From Acidobacteriota bacterium (GTDB lineage: Bacteria; Acidobacteriota; UBA890; WLXD01), in assembly GCA_965248695.1 (NCBI GenBank), contig CBDFKD010000002.1:4384001-4448000 (forward strand): a DNA stretch of 64,000 nt. Reading direction: 5' to 3'. Both the position numbers and the translations under genes were made by a program. Every line of letters starts with the position of its first letter. The stretch's first letter is position 1. Of this stretch, positions 54,730-64,000 are shown one piece after another. Under the pieces are notes generated by a model that ran no database searches, was not told the origin of the DNA, and worked only from the letters and a program-made list of their open reading frames with translations.

Positions 54730-56055
54730 ATGAAGCGTCGTTGGCAACTCGCTGGGATCGTCTTGGGGATCTCGGTGGCGAGCGCCGCGTTGGTTGCATC
54801 TGGCGGGGAAGCCAAATCGAGCCCCGCGCCTCTGCCGGCCGCTGCGATCTGGACGCAAGATCATTGGACGGAGTTCAGCCAAGAAAGGCCGGGGATCCTG
54901 CGTTACCGGCAGCCGGATTGGTCCGGTGATTGGAACCCCTGGGGCTTGGCCGCCGGCGCATGCCTCGAGTACGTTCACCCCGGGGATTTCGGCTTCGTCA
55001 GCTGCGCGACGGCCACACCCAACTGGTTGTTCGAGTTTCATCAACCGTGGAACAACTACCGGCTGCGCTACCGCGACAACCGGTGGGGCTTCCCGCAGGG
55101 TGCATGTCTGCTCGAGGGTCGCTACCAACACTCCAACGTCGGAGGCGGGCCGAGCTCGGATTGGAGAGATTGCAACAGCCACGGAGCCGGATGGTGGCAA
55201 ATGGGACGCAACGATGATGCAGCTGGATCCGGGTTCGTGATCTACACCAGTTGGAGCGGTGGCTTCAGCCCAACGGACAGGTGCTTCGACTACGAGAGCT
55301 ACTCCATTCAGATCACCACGTGCGGCAACCGATGGAACGCCTGGACACTCGAGGGGGCGCCGTCCACCCGCTTCTCCTCGAGAATCGCTGATGAGGACAG
55401 GTTCCGAAACGAGCCTCGCTACGTAAGCGACCCGTCGAAGCTCCAGGCCGGAGATCGGCTGGCGATCCGGTCGAGGTTCATCGCTGGGCAGGCGCTGTAC
55501 GTGGCGGATGCGCTGCTCGAAGGCTCGAGCCACGACGGTGGCTATCGGGTCGGCGAGACCCCAAGGAGCCCAGCACCCGCGACGATCAACCGGCCGGGTG
55601 AGCGAAGCACATTCATCGTCCGCGAGATCCTCGATCCCGATCGGTACGGTGATCTGTGGCGGAGCAACGGCTTCGCCGAAACACCATCCTTCACAGCTCT
55701 CCGACTCGGATGCTGGCAAGGCAGTGTCATCCGGAACGGTAGCGTGCTGACCTGTAGCGCGGGCGCAGAGTCGCTCGAGCTATTGCTGTTGGCTTCGCGA
55801 CCCGCCCATCCGACCTACGCGGACCGGCTGACGGAGCTGCGGTCCAACTCCAACACGACAGGATTTGCCCTGTTGGGGCGACGTCCCGGCGAGACTATCT
55901 GGTCCACCTTCGGAATGGTCGGGCAAGTGGACACCAAGGGCGACGTCGTCACGCGGATCTTCGGGCAGATGACCGGAGTGCGGGGTATTCAAGACCGCCT
56001 GCCAAACCATCAGTTCGAGGTATGGCTGCTGCCCGACGAGTCGTCCCCGCAGTAG
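54730..56055 (+). CDS. Secreted Trp/Cys-rich protein with a ricin-B-like triple repeat
   Basis: AGGAGG SD; signal peptide; three C-(L/F)...C-x6-7-W units. Confidence 0.7.
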   Translation: MKRRWQLAGIVLGISVASAALVASGGEAKSSPAPLPAAAIWTQDHWTEFSQERPGILRYRQPDWSGDWNPWGLAAGACLEYVHPGDFGFVSCATATPNWLFEFHQPWNNYRLRYRDNRWGFPQGACLLEGRYQHSNVGGGPSSDWRDCNSHGAGWWQMGRNDDAAGSGFVIYTSWSGGFSPTDRCFDYESYSIQITTCGNRWNAWTLEGAPSTRFSSRIADEDRFRNEPRYVSDPSKLQAGDRLAIRSRFIAGQALYVADALLEGSSHDGGYRVGETPRSPAPATINRPGERSTFIVREILDPDRYGDLWRSNGFAETPSFTALRLGCWQGSVIRNGSVLTCSAGAESLELLLLASRPAHPTYADRLTELRSNSNTTGFALLGRRPGETIWSTFGMVGQVDTKGDVVTRIFGQMTGVRGIQDRLPNHQFEVWLLPDESSPQ

Positions 56056-56420
56056 GACTGGTAGCCTCCGGGGCTGGTCACGGGGCGTTCTGGGCGAGCG
56101 ATAAGATCCGATATGGAAACTAGCTAGGCGCAGCTAAACTGACTGTATTGGCAATCAATTACGCCGGATTCGACGCAGAATCGAGCGTCGGCGCGCGGCA
56201 TTTTCTTTGGGCTCGGGCCATACATCCGCGCCCTTGCGCACGGGGCGATCCTGTAAGGCTCGTGACGCGACGCAACGCGGTTCAAGCACTCTCGCGAGCA
56301 TCCGACTGAAAGCCCATTCCAGTCTGGCGATTCACCGTCGCCAATATATGCTGTGCGCCGAAGATATGTACTGCCGCCGGGGTGTACCGGTCGCCGCAGC
56401 CAGCCCAGAGGAGTGACTCC

Positions 56421-57455
56421 ATGCGCAGAGTCGGGTCCGCACTGCCATTCGTCGGCCTTTCGGCGGTCGCCATCGCGTTCGCACTGGTTTTCGGCGCTTC
56501 GATGAGTCCGGCAGCGGCGCAGGCTGACTCCGTGTGGTTGTTTGCCACGCTGCCCGCGGAGGATCTGGTGGCGCAGATCGATTTCGAGACCGGGGCCACG
56601 AACGAGTACCAGGTTGCGGCGGCCGGACGGGCGCGTGGGCAGCACAAGCCGATGGGTATCGTCGGTGCGGAGGCCGGGGCGGCGATTGCATTTCTGCGAG
56701 GTACGAACGCGGCCGCCGTAATGGTTCCCAATGTCGGGCAGTTGCTGTCCCTACCGTTGGGCGCTGGCCCCACGGATGGAGCGCTCGACCCCACCGACCT
56801 GAACGTCGGCTTCGTAGCCCTGCAGGGAGAGAACGCAGCGCAGTTTGCCGGTGCTCTCGGTGCCGGGCCGAAGGTCAGCACGCAGGTGACCAGGCCCTGG
56901 GACCTGGCGCTCGCCGGCGACTTCATCGCTGTCGCTGGCAAGGGCGGAATCGACATCGTCGAGCGCGGAGATTTCCGCGCCGGTCGTCGCGGTGCGCCGG
57001 AGATCTCGGCCCGAGAATCGCGGTCGGTGGCGTGCAACAGTGCCGGAACCGAGTGTGCGGCGACGGATTTCAAGGGCAACAAGACAATCGTGTTCGACCC
57101 CGACGGCGGAGCCGTGATCGCCGAGATCAACTTCAAGAAAATCGGCAAGCGGCCATGGGGAGTGGAGTACTTCAACGACGACGTCTTGCTGGTTGCTTCC
57201 AACAAGAAGAACAGGCTTGTCTGCGTCGACCTGACCAGCGCGCGGGCTCGGGGCGCTGTCGAGACGAACGCGGTGCCGACCGGCAAGAAGCCGACCAACG
57301 TGGTGAAGGTCAACGACCAGTACGTCGCCGTGACCAACTACTCGGGCGCTTCGATCACGGTTGTCGAGGTCACCGCGTCGGGGGCCTGCTCGACTGGCTT
57401 CACGATTCCGCTGAGCGGCAATCCGTTCGACGTCGGCGTCGTTCCCAAGCTCTAG
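56421..57455 (+). CDS. Secreted YncE/YVTN-like beta-propeller protein
   Basis: GAGGAG SD; signal ending PAAAQA; repeated blades KPMGI, GPTDG, RPWDL, RPWGV, KPTNV, NPFDV. Confidence 0.75.
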   Translation: MRRVGSALPFVGLSAVAIAFALVFGASMSPAAAQADSVWLFATLPAEDLVAQIDFETGATNEYQVAAAGRARGQHKPMGIVGAEAGAAIAFLRGTNAAAVMVPNVGQLLSLPLGAGPTDGALDPTDLNVGFVALQGENAAQFAGALGAGPKVSTQVTRPWDLALAGDFIAVAGKGGIDIVERGDFRAGRRGAPEISARESRSVACNSAGTECAATDFKGNKTIVFDPDGGAVIAEINFKKIGKRPWGVEYFNDDVLLVASNKKNRLVCVDLTSARARGAVETNAVPTGKKPTNVVKVNDQYVAVTNYSGASITVVEVTASGACSTGFTIPLSGNPFDVGVVPKL

Positions 57456-57471
57456 CGGCCGCGCGTCGCGC

Positions 57472-58668
57472 TCACGTAGTCGGGATCTCCAACGCCACGA
57501 CCGACATGTCGTCGTCCCGACCGCCGTCGCCACACCAATCCTGGACCTCGCATAGCAGGCGATCGATGCTGGCGTCGAGGTCGAGGTCGCGCGCCGCTAT
57601 CAGGCAGTCAGTGATGCGGTCGTAGCCGAACATCTCGTCGTCTGCACCCATTGCCTCGTTGAATCCATCCGAGCAGATGTAGACGCGGTCGCCCGGCTCG
57701 AGGTGGATCGTGGCGTCGCTCCACCTGGCCTTCGGAAACCAGCCAATGGCGGTGCCGGTGGGCGGGTGTACATCGCACACGCCGTTGGCCTTCAGGTGAA
57801 CGGGGCCCGGGTGAGCTGCGGCCACGAAGCGGAGCTCCATGCGCTCGGCGTCGAGCACCGCGTAGGTGATGGTGAAGTACTGGCGGGTCTCAGGATTCAT
57901 CGGGAATCGGATGTTGAGCCGCTCCGCCACGCGAGCCGGCGACAGCAGCACGTTCTCATCCGGCCGCGACGCCTCGTCGATCAGGAGCGATGCCTCCTCC
58001 AGGTGGGGAAGGATGCGGTTGAGCGTTACCGACAGCAACGCCGCTGGCACACCGTGTCCGCTGACATCGAGCAGATACAGGCCCACCCGATGCTCGCCAA
58101 GCCAGAACACGTCGAGGATGTCGCCGGCCAACTCGTCGCACGGCAGGAAACGCCACGCGAAGCGCGCTCTGCTGAGCTCCGGCAGGGTTTGCGGCATCAG
58201 GGCGTTCTGCACCCTGGCCGCGGCCAGCAGGTCGGACTTCATGCGCTGATGGGTCGCCTCGAGCTCGCGCCGCGCCCGCTTCAGTTCCAGCTGGGTCCGG
58301 ACTCGCGCCTGTACCACCGGGAAATCGAGCGGTTTGGTGACGTAGTCGTTGGCGCCGAGCTTGAGCGCGTGGACGATATCCTCGGACTCGTCCTTGGCGG
58401 TCGCCATGATGATCGGCAGGTCTCCCATGTCCTGCGTCCGGCGTACTTCCTCCAGGACCTGCAGGCCATCGATGCCGGGCATCATCACGTCGAGCAGGAC
58501 GAGGTCGAACTGTCGTTCGGCGATCTTCTCGAGCGCCTCGGCGCCGTCGCACGCCACCTCAACCTCGTGGCCTCGGCGACGCAGACGGCGCGACAGCATG
58601 TCGCGGTTCATCTCGTCGTCGTCAACGACTAGTAACGGGCCTTCTTCGAGGGCGATCGTGTCGCTCAC
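57472..58668 (-). CDS. Receiver plus SpoIIE/PP2C-type phosphatase (RsbU/RsbP-like)
   Basis: REC (VVDDD, LDVMMP), coiled coil, LAGDI, DVSGHGVPAA, CSDG, DDMS; GTGA overlap with the upstream gene. Confidence 0.92.
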   Translation of the reverse strand: MSDTIALEEGPLLVVDDDEMNRDMLSRRLRRRGHEVEVACDGAEALEKIAERQFDLVLLDVMMPGIDGLQVLEEVRRTQDMGDLPIIMATAKDESEDIVHALKLGANDYVTKPLDFPVVQARVRTQLELKRARRELEATHQRMKSDLLAAARVQNALMPQTLPELSRARFAWRFLPCDELAGDILDVFWLGEHRVGLYLLDVSGHGVPAALLSVTLNRILPHLEEASLLIDEASRPDENVLLSPARVAERLNIRFPMNPETRQYFTITYAVLDAERMELRFVAAAHPGPVHLKANGVCDVHPPTGTAIGWFPKARWSDATIHLEPGDRVYICSDGFNEAMGADDEMFGYDRITDCLIAARDLDLDASIDRLLCEVQDWCGDGGRDDDMSVVALEIPTT

Positions 58669-59054
58669 GGCGCTGCGGTCTGACCTAGCAACGCTTCGAT
58701 TTTGCCGATCAAGCGGGCGAGGTCGATCGGTTTGGTGTCGTAGTCGTCGCATCCCGCCTCGAGCGCTTTCTCTCGGTCGCCGGCCATCGCGTGGGCGGTG
58801 AGCGCGATGACCGGAATGCCGGCCGTTCCTGGTTTGGCCTTGATGCGGCGAGTGGCCTCCCAGCCGTCGATGATCGGTAGGCTCATGTCCATCAGCACGA
58901 TGTCCGGCAACTCCGCCACCGCCATTGCCACGGCCTGCTCACCATCGATGGCGAGGGTGACCGCATAGCCCTTGCGTCCCAGCCGGCGCGACAGCATGTC
59001 GCGGTTCATCTCGTTGTCCTCCACCAGCAGGACTGTGGCGGTTGCGCTCGTCAT
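58665..59054 (-). CDS. Single-domain response regulator (DivK/CheY-like)
   Basis: LLVEDN, LMDMSLP, ALTAHAM, TKP. Confidence 0.93.
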   Translation of the reverse strand: MTSATATVLLVEDNEMNRDMLSRRLGRKGYAVTLAIDGEQAVAMAVAELPDIVLMDMSLPIIDGWEATRRIKAKPGTAGIPVIALTAHAMAGDREKALEAGCDDYDTKPIDLARLIGKIEALLGQTAAP

Positions 59055-59064
59055 CAGGTCCCTC

Positions 59065-61344
59065 TCATGGCGTCGCCGTCGGTCCGGCGGAGCTCTCCTG
59101 TACGAGCCTCCGGATCTCGTTTAACACTTCGTCGGTGGTTCTCGAGCTCTTCTGAATTACCCGCTGCACGCGGTTTGTCAGCCGGGCGTGTTCGTCCTTG
59201 CTGAGCTCCTTGGCGGTGATTACCACGATCGGAACATCGTTGCGGGACTCGTCGGCCTGGAGCTTTTCTACGAATTCGAAGCCGTCCATTTCCGGCATCA
59301 TCAGGTCGAGCAGAATCACGTCGGGTCGCGACTCTGCGACGCGTTCCAGTGCGACGCGTCCGTTCTCCGCCGCCGACCACGTCCACCCCGCCTTCTCCAT
59401 GATCCGGGCGAGCATCTCGCGGGTGCTGGCATCGTCTTCCACGACCAGCGCGTAGCCGGTGCCGGCGTTGCCGCGATATCGGTTGAGCACCGCCACGAGC
59501 CGCTCGCGGTCGATGGGCTTGCTCAGGTAGTCGGATGCGCCGAGTGTGTATCCGAGGTTGTGTTTGTCGACCATCGACAGCATCACCACCGGGATATCCG
59601 CCAGCTCAGGATCAGACTTCAAGTCGCCGAGCACCTCCCATCCGTCACGGCCCGGCATAACCACGTCGAGAGTGATCGCCATCGGCTTGAGCTCCGATGC
59701 CAGTCGAAGCCCTTCACTGGCGTCCGCCGCCGCCACGACATCGAATCCCTCCCGGGCCAGGAACTGCTTGATCAGGTCGCGCGCCGCGGGATCGTCGTCG
59801 ATCGCCAGCACGACATCTCCCGTAGCTCCACGAACGCGGACGGCGGAAGGGGGTGACGCACTCGCCTCTGACGGCGTCTCGCCAGCAGGGTCGCTCTTGA
59901 CCTGCCCGGCATCCATCGGCAGTCGCGCCATGAACTGGCTGCCCTCGCCGACCTCGGAGGTAACCGTGATATCGCCGCCGAGCATGTTGGCGAACTTGCG
60001 TGAGATCGCCAGGCCGAGCCCGGTGCCACCGTACTTGCGGCTGACGCTGGCATCGGCTTGTTGGAAGGCCTCGAAGATCTTCGCCGCTTGCTCGTCGGTC
60101 ATCCCGACACCGGTGTCCGCTACGCGGAAGACGATCTCGTCGGTGTCGTCGGTGACCTCCCTGTCGGCGGCGAACGTGATGGTGCCGTTCTCGGTGAACT
60201 TCGAGGCGTTCGACAGAAGGTTCAGCAGGATCTGACGCACACGTGTCTCGTCGGATCGCATCGTTGCAACGTCGTCGGCAATCTCGACGGCGAGTTTGTT
60301 GCCGTTCTTCTGTACCAGGGGACGCACCGTCGTCGCCAGGTACTCGAACAGATCCGGCACGTTGAAGTCACGGATCTCCACCTCGATCTTGCCGGCTTCG
60401 ACCTTCGACAGATCGAGAATGTCGTTGATGAGGGTCAGTAGGTGCTTGCCGGCCTTGCGGATCTTCTCCAGATCGGGAACGAAGTCTTCCTGGTCGAGGT
60501 CCTCCGCCTCTTCTCCGAGCAACTCGCTGTACCCGATGATGGCGTTCAACGGGGTCCGTAGCTCGTGGCTCATGTTGGCGAGAAAGTAGCTCTTGGCGCG
60601 GTTGGCGTCCTCGGCCCGGTCGCGGGCCACGCGCAACTCGTCGTCCCGGGTCTCGATCTCCTGCAGCATGTGGTTGATGCTGTCGATGAGTTGTCCGACC
60701 TCGTCGTCGCTGTGCTTGTCGGCGCGTACTGAGTAGTCGCGCTCACCAGAAACGCTGGTCGTCAGGCGCACCAGCTTGAGGATTGGCGCCGAGATCACCC
60801 GCCGGAACTGAGCCGAGATCAGGAATGCGATCAGCGAGGATCCCAACAACACGACCCCCGTCAAGCCGCCGTAGTTGCGCAGGCGCGCGTTGATCGCCGT
60901 CAAGTCGGACTGGATGCAGATCGTACCGATGATCTCGCCGCCGCTTTCCATGGTACGGAACAGGAGCAGGTAGCCGTCCTCGAAGTAGGCTCCGGAATCT
61001 CGAACGCGCGGTGGCACGACGGCGGCGCCGCTGTCGCGGAAGTACGACGCGAACAGGCTGTTGTCGGGTCGGAAGATATACGCCGCGACGATGGTCTCCT
61101 GGGCCCGGAGGGCGGCCAGCGTCTCGTCGGCGGACGCTTGCGCGTCGAAATCGACCGCCGCCGTCGTGTTCGAACGCATGATCTCGGTGAGCACACCCAC
61201 GTCTTCAACCAGCGACTGGCGGAAGGTGTAGATGTCGTACACGGCCCAGGTCGAGCTTGCCAGCAGCAGGGCGACGATGGCGGTGAGCATCATGCCCACC
61301 GTCAGCTTGCGCGTGATGGGCGCGTCGATGAACCAGCGTCGCAT
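59065..61344 (-). CDS. Hybrid sensor kinase: TM-CHASE8-TM-HAMP-HisKA-HATPase-REC-REC
   Basis: TAAVDFD...ETLAAL...[15 protein letters not shown] sensor; DEVGQL HAMP; [14 protein letters not shown]; [10 protein letters not shown]; GTGLGL; two receivers. Start uncertain (61344-61419). Confidence 0.9.
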   Translation of the reverse strand: MRRWFIDAPITRKLTVGMMLTAIVALLLASSTWAVYDIYTFRQSLVEDVGVLTEIMRSNTTAAVDFDAQASADETLAALRAQETIVAAYIFRPDNSLFASYFRDSGAAVVPPRVRDSGAYFEDGYLLLFRTMESGGEIIGTICIQSDLTAINARLRNYGGLTGVVLLGSSLIAFLISAQFRRVISAPILKLVRLTTSVSGERDYSVRADKHSDDEVGQLIDSINHMLQEIETRDDELRVARDRAEDANRAKSYFLANMSHELRTPLNAIIGYSELLGEEAEDLDQEDFVPDLEKIRKAGKHLLTLINDILDLSKVEAGKIEVEIRDFNVPDLFEYLATTVRPLVQKNGNKLAVEIADDVATMRSDETRVRQILLNLLSNASKFTENGTITFAADREVTDDTDEIVFRVADTGVGMTDEQAAKIFEAFQQADASVSRKYGGTGLGLAISRKFANMLGGDITVTSEVGEGSQFMARLPMDAGQVKSDPAGETPSEASASPPSAVRVRGATGDVVLAIDDDPAARDLIKQFLAREGFDVVAAADASEGLRLASELKPMAITLDVVMPGRDGWEVLGDLKSDPELADIPVVMLSMVDKHNLGYTLGASDYLSKPIDRERLVAVLNRYRGNAGTGYALVVEDDASTREMLARIMEKAGWTWSAAENGRVALERVAESRPDVILLDLMMPEMDGFEFVEKLQADESRNDVPIVVITAKELSKDEHARLTNRVQRVIQKSSRTTDEVLNEIRRLVQESSAGPTATP

Positions 61345-61444
61345 ATGGCCTCGTTGCCGTTCGGAATCCTGGGCGCTCATGATCATATGCGTCCGCTTGC
61401 CGATTGTCGGCGTCAACATGCGTTTGAGACGCTGACCCTCGCCG

Positions 61445-62062
61445 CTAGCGGACCACGGTCGCTATGCGCAGGAGGCTGGCATCGAACTCGCTGCCCTCCT
61501 GCCGAGACGCCGGCAGGTTGATCAGCACCTGCGGCTTGTCACGGTTTACTCCGACGCCGATGGCAACGCCCTGCTCCACTAGGGCAGGCACTCCCGTCGC
61601 CGATACGATGCGGCTGGATCGCGCTACCCGCAGGACCATGGGCACGTCAACCGCGCCGGGAGCCACGTACAGCACGCTGACCGCGTCGATCTGGATGGCG
61701 GCGATCAGCTCGTCCTCGGTGCCGATGGGGATGCGCGTGAAGCGGATCGGCAACCCCTTCACGCTCTTGCCCGTCAGGGCGTCGAGAACGGCAGCTACCT
61801 CGCCGGCCGCCCGTTCTGATTCGGCGTCGCCGGCACGGAAGACGATACCGACGGTGAGCGCGTCGCCGGGGCGGCTCGCCAGGTTTCGGTCGTACGTCAG
61901 GATCTTCAGGAGGAGCGGGACCTGCAGGTTGGCGGGTACCGCCATCTGCTGCGCGACCACGCTCGTCGGCGCCCCGATCACGAGGGCACAGGCGAGCAAG
62001 ACCGCGGCGCACAGACGCCGCCATCGGCCGGCGTGATCGAGGTGTCGGCGACGCGTCGGCAT
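61445..62062 (-). CDS. YfiR/HmsC-family (DUF4154-like) periplasmic protein
   Basis: Signal peptide; LLLKILTYD...[22 protein letters not shown]-terminus; lies between the TBDR and the CHASE8 kinase. Confidence 0.78.
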   Translation of the reverse strand: MPTRRRHLDHAGRWRRLCAAVLLACALVIGAPTSVVAQQMAVPANLQVPLLLKILTYDRNLASRPGDALTVGIVFRAGDAESERAAGEVAAVLDALTGKSVKGLPIRFTRIPIGTEDELIAAIQIDAVSVLYVAPGAVDVPMVLRVARSSRIVSATGVPALVEQGVAIGVGVNRDKPQVLINLPASRQEGSEFDASLLRIATVVR

Positions 62063-62064
62063 GG

Positions 62065-64000
62065 TCAGAACAGGTAGGAGAGCTCGGAGAAGACGTGACG
62101 GCCGGGTCGCGGATAGTGCTCCGGCAGGAAACCCCGCAGGGCCGGGTCGGCGTAGCGAACGTCGAACAGGTTGCGGCCCGCGATCGACAGCTCTACGCCG
62201 CGGATCAGATTGCGCAGGCGCAGCGTCGCGTTGGCGAGGGCGTAGCTGCCGACCGGGTCGCGGGCATCGTCGCGGGCGCGCGAGCGCGTGCTGCGGAGCT
62301 GTAGCGTTGACGTGAGGCTCAAGTGGGTACTGAGGTCGAGCGTGCCGCCCAGATTGACCAGATGACGCGGGACGCCGGGCAGGCGCTCGCCGGTCACCCG
62401 GTTGGTGGGATTCTGCAGCGTATAGTTCAGCCACACGGAGTGCTGGAACCCCCAATCGCGTCGGGCTTCGAGCTCGAAGCCGTCGATGTTGACGCCGGGA
62501 ACGTTCTGGAAGCTGCCGCTGATCGGCTCGCTGGCGGTCAGGCGCGTGTTCTCCTGCAGGATCAGGTTGTCGATGCGGCTCACGAAGGCGTTGATGCTGA
62601 GACGCACGGGCCCGTCGCGGTAGATCAGCGCCGCGTCGAACGTGTTCGTGATGGCCGGCTCCAGGTCGGGGTTACCGACCAGTCCAGGCGCCTCCACGAA
62701 CAGCTCGTAAATGCTCGGGGCTCGGAAGGCGCGACCGTACAGGAGCTTGAAGCTCAAGTTGGCGGGCAGGCGCCAGACCAGTGCGGCGCGTGGGTTCACC
62801 GTGCTGCCGAAGTCACTGTAACGGTCCCAGCGGACGCCGGCGGTGAGCGTCACGCGGCTCGCGACATCCCAGGTGTCCTGGGTGTAGAGGCTGAAGATCC
62901 TGCGCGGCTCCTCGGGAATGAAGGACGGTAGATCGGTGAAGGCAAGCGTCGGAGCGATCACCAGATTGGGGTTACCGAACAGCGGCTCGTCGAGGAATCG
63001 GACGTTGCCGAAGATGCGTATGTCGTAGGGCCTCTCGACCGCGTAGCCGGCGCCCACCACCAGCTGGTTGGTGTCGCTGGCCGTGATGGTCCCCCGCACC
63101 TCGCCTCCGTAGCGGCGCATCTTCACGTGTGTGTCGATGCGCACGCCTCGGCTCAGCGGGAACACGATCGGGGCCGGGCTCGCGGGGATGGTTACCGGCG
63201 TGGCGAATCCCGGCGGGAGGATGTCCAGGTCCTGGAGCTGGCGGGTTTGGGTATAGAAGGCGTCGGCCTGGATGGCTACGCTCCGCCCGAGCGATCCGCG
63301 GTACGTCAGGTTCCCCAGCAGGTGGCCGGCGTCGATGTCGGTTCCCGGCCGCAACACGTCGATCTGCCCGACGAAACCGCCGCTGTTCTCGCGCTTGTAG
63401 CGCCCCTGGAAGGAGAACCCCTTGAAGCCGAGCTGGATGTTGGCGTCGAGCGATCTGCGGTGCGAGAATGTCGTTCCGGGCGCCAGCGAGAGCGGCTCGA
63501 TGCCGAACGGCGCGATCGCGGCGTCATAAAAGGTCTGGTTGTCGGCGACCACTCGCGTCGGGGCGCCGTCGGTACTTGCCCACTGTACGAAGCCGGAGAC
63601 ACCCAGGGCGCCGAGGTATCGGCCGAAGAGCGCCTTCAGCTCCGTGGTACCCCAGGGGCCGGCGCCGGTCGACAGCTCCACGCCCGTGAACGTGTCGTGG
63701 CTCTGTGTGACGACGTTGATCACGGCCAGGAAGGCGTTGGCACCGAACAGGGCCGATCCCGGGCCACGGATGATCTCGACCTTCTCGATGTTGTCCACCG
63801 GGATGTCCAGGTTCGTCGCCGTGGCGCCGCCCTGGTAGTCGGTATTGAGTCGCTGGCCGTTGAACAGCATCAGTACGTTCTCGGAGCTGGCGCCTGTGCC
63901 CAGCCCCCGAACGACGATGCGGCCACGTCCGAGTCCGTCCAGTAGCACCTCGAAGCCCGGCACCAGCTCGAGGATGTCCTCGAGGGTGCGTGCGCCCAGC
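62065..64000 (-). CDS. TonB-dependent receptor (5' end outside window)
   Basis: Plug motifs VRG and [16 protein letters not shown]; barrel motifs [20 protein letters not shown]; C-terminal F. Confidence 0.93.
   Translation of the reverse strand, partial: LGARTLEDILELVPGFEVLLDGLGRGRIVVRGLGTGASSENVLMLFNGQRLNTDYQGGATATNLDIPVDNIEKVEIIRGPGSALFGANAFLAVINVVTQSHDTFTGVELSTGAGPWGTTELKALFGRYLGALGVSGFVQWASTDGAPTRVVADNQTFYDAAIAPFGIEPLSLAPGTTFSHRRSLDANIQLGFKGFSFQGRYKRENSGGFVGQIDVLRPGTDIDAGHLLGNLTYRGSLGRSVAIQADAFYTQTRQLQDLDILPPGFATPVTIPASPAPIVFPLSRGVRIDTHVKMRRYGGEVRGTITASDTNQLVVGAGYAVERPYDIRIFGNVRFLDEPLFGNPNLVIAPTLAFTDLPSFIPEEPRRIFSLYTQDTWDVASRVTLTAGVRWDRYSDFGSTVNPRAALVWRLPANLSFKLLYGRAFRAPSIYELFVEAPGLVGNPDLEPAITNTFDAALIYRDGPVRLSINAFVSRIDNLILQENTRLTASEPISGSFQNVPGVNIDGFELEARRDWGFQHSVWLNYTLQNPTNRVTGERLPGVPRHLVNLGGTLDLSTHLSLTSTLQLRSTRSRARDDARDPVGSYALANATLRLRNLIRGVELSIAGRNLFDVRYADPALRGFLPEHYPRPGRHVFSELSYLF

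Noticed and set aside
54484-55719. 411-aa minus-strand ORF as an intact transposase
   Set aside because: Only the last ~70 codons look like IS3 OrfB; the rest is antisense to the secreted protein and has no DDE motif.
56056-56420. Riboswitch or ncRNA in the long intergenic region
   Set aside because: Only short hairpins (for example TGGCGA...TCGCCA); no recognisable family consensus. An Rfam scan would be needed to exclude one.

Overview
High-GC bacterial chromosome segment, most consistent with Acidobacteriota (acidobacterial PadR plus duplicated orphan permease pair, and several acidobacterial-type hypothetical proteins). Bases 1-52 kb are mostly core genes: lnt, frameshifting prfB, a class A PBP, two convergent heat-shock operons (CIRCE-hrcA-grpE-dnaJ-rsmE, and a HAIR-like site followed by dnaK-dnaJ2-hspR and a DnaC-like ATPase), mazG, tatC, tdk, comEC, uvrA, ltaE, aroC, nnr, tsaE, guaB, secA, argR, comM, mltD, recA and an NSS transporter. 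Accessory features lie among them: a 271-bp MITE at the tsaE stop codon, an internally deleted cytochrome P460-type gene, a sigma-54 module (7TM-PAS kinase, bEBP, paired enhancer sites, -24/-12 promoter, PilZ gene) and a two-gene bacterial microcompartment satellite. After tRNA-Phe (52135) comes a decayed island-like mosaic: arm-type repeats, pseudogenes, an IS3 end truncating an alpha carbonic anhydrase, and a ricin-type lectin candidate. The window ends in a putative trans-envelope signalling operon: TonB-dependent receptor, YfiR-like protein, CHASE8/HAMP hybrid kinase, single-domain receiver and receiver-PP2C phosphatase. Three otherwise intact genes carry single in-frame stops. All calls come from manual motif recognition; no database searches were run.
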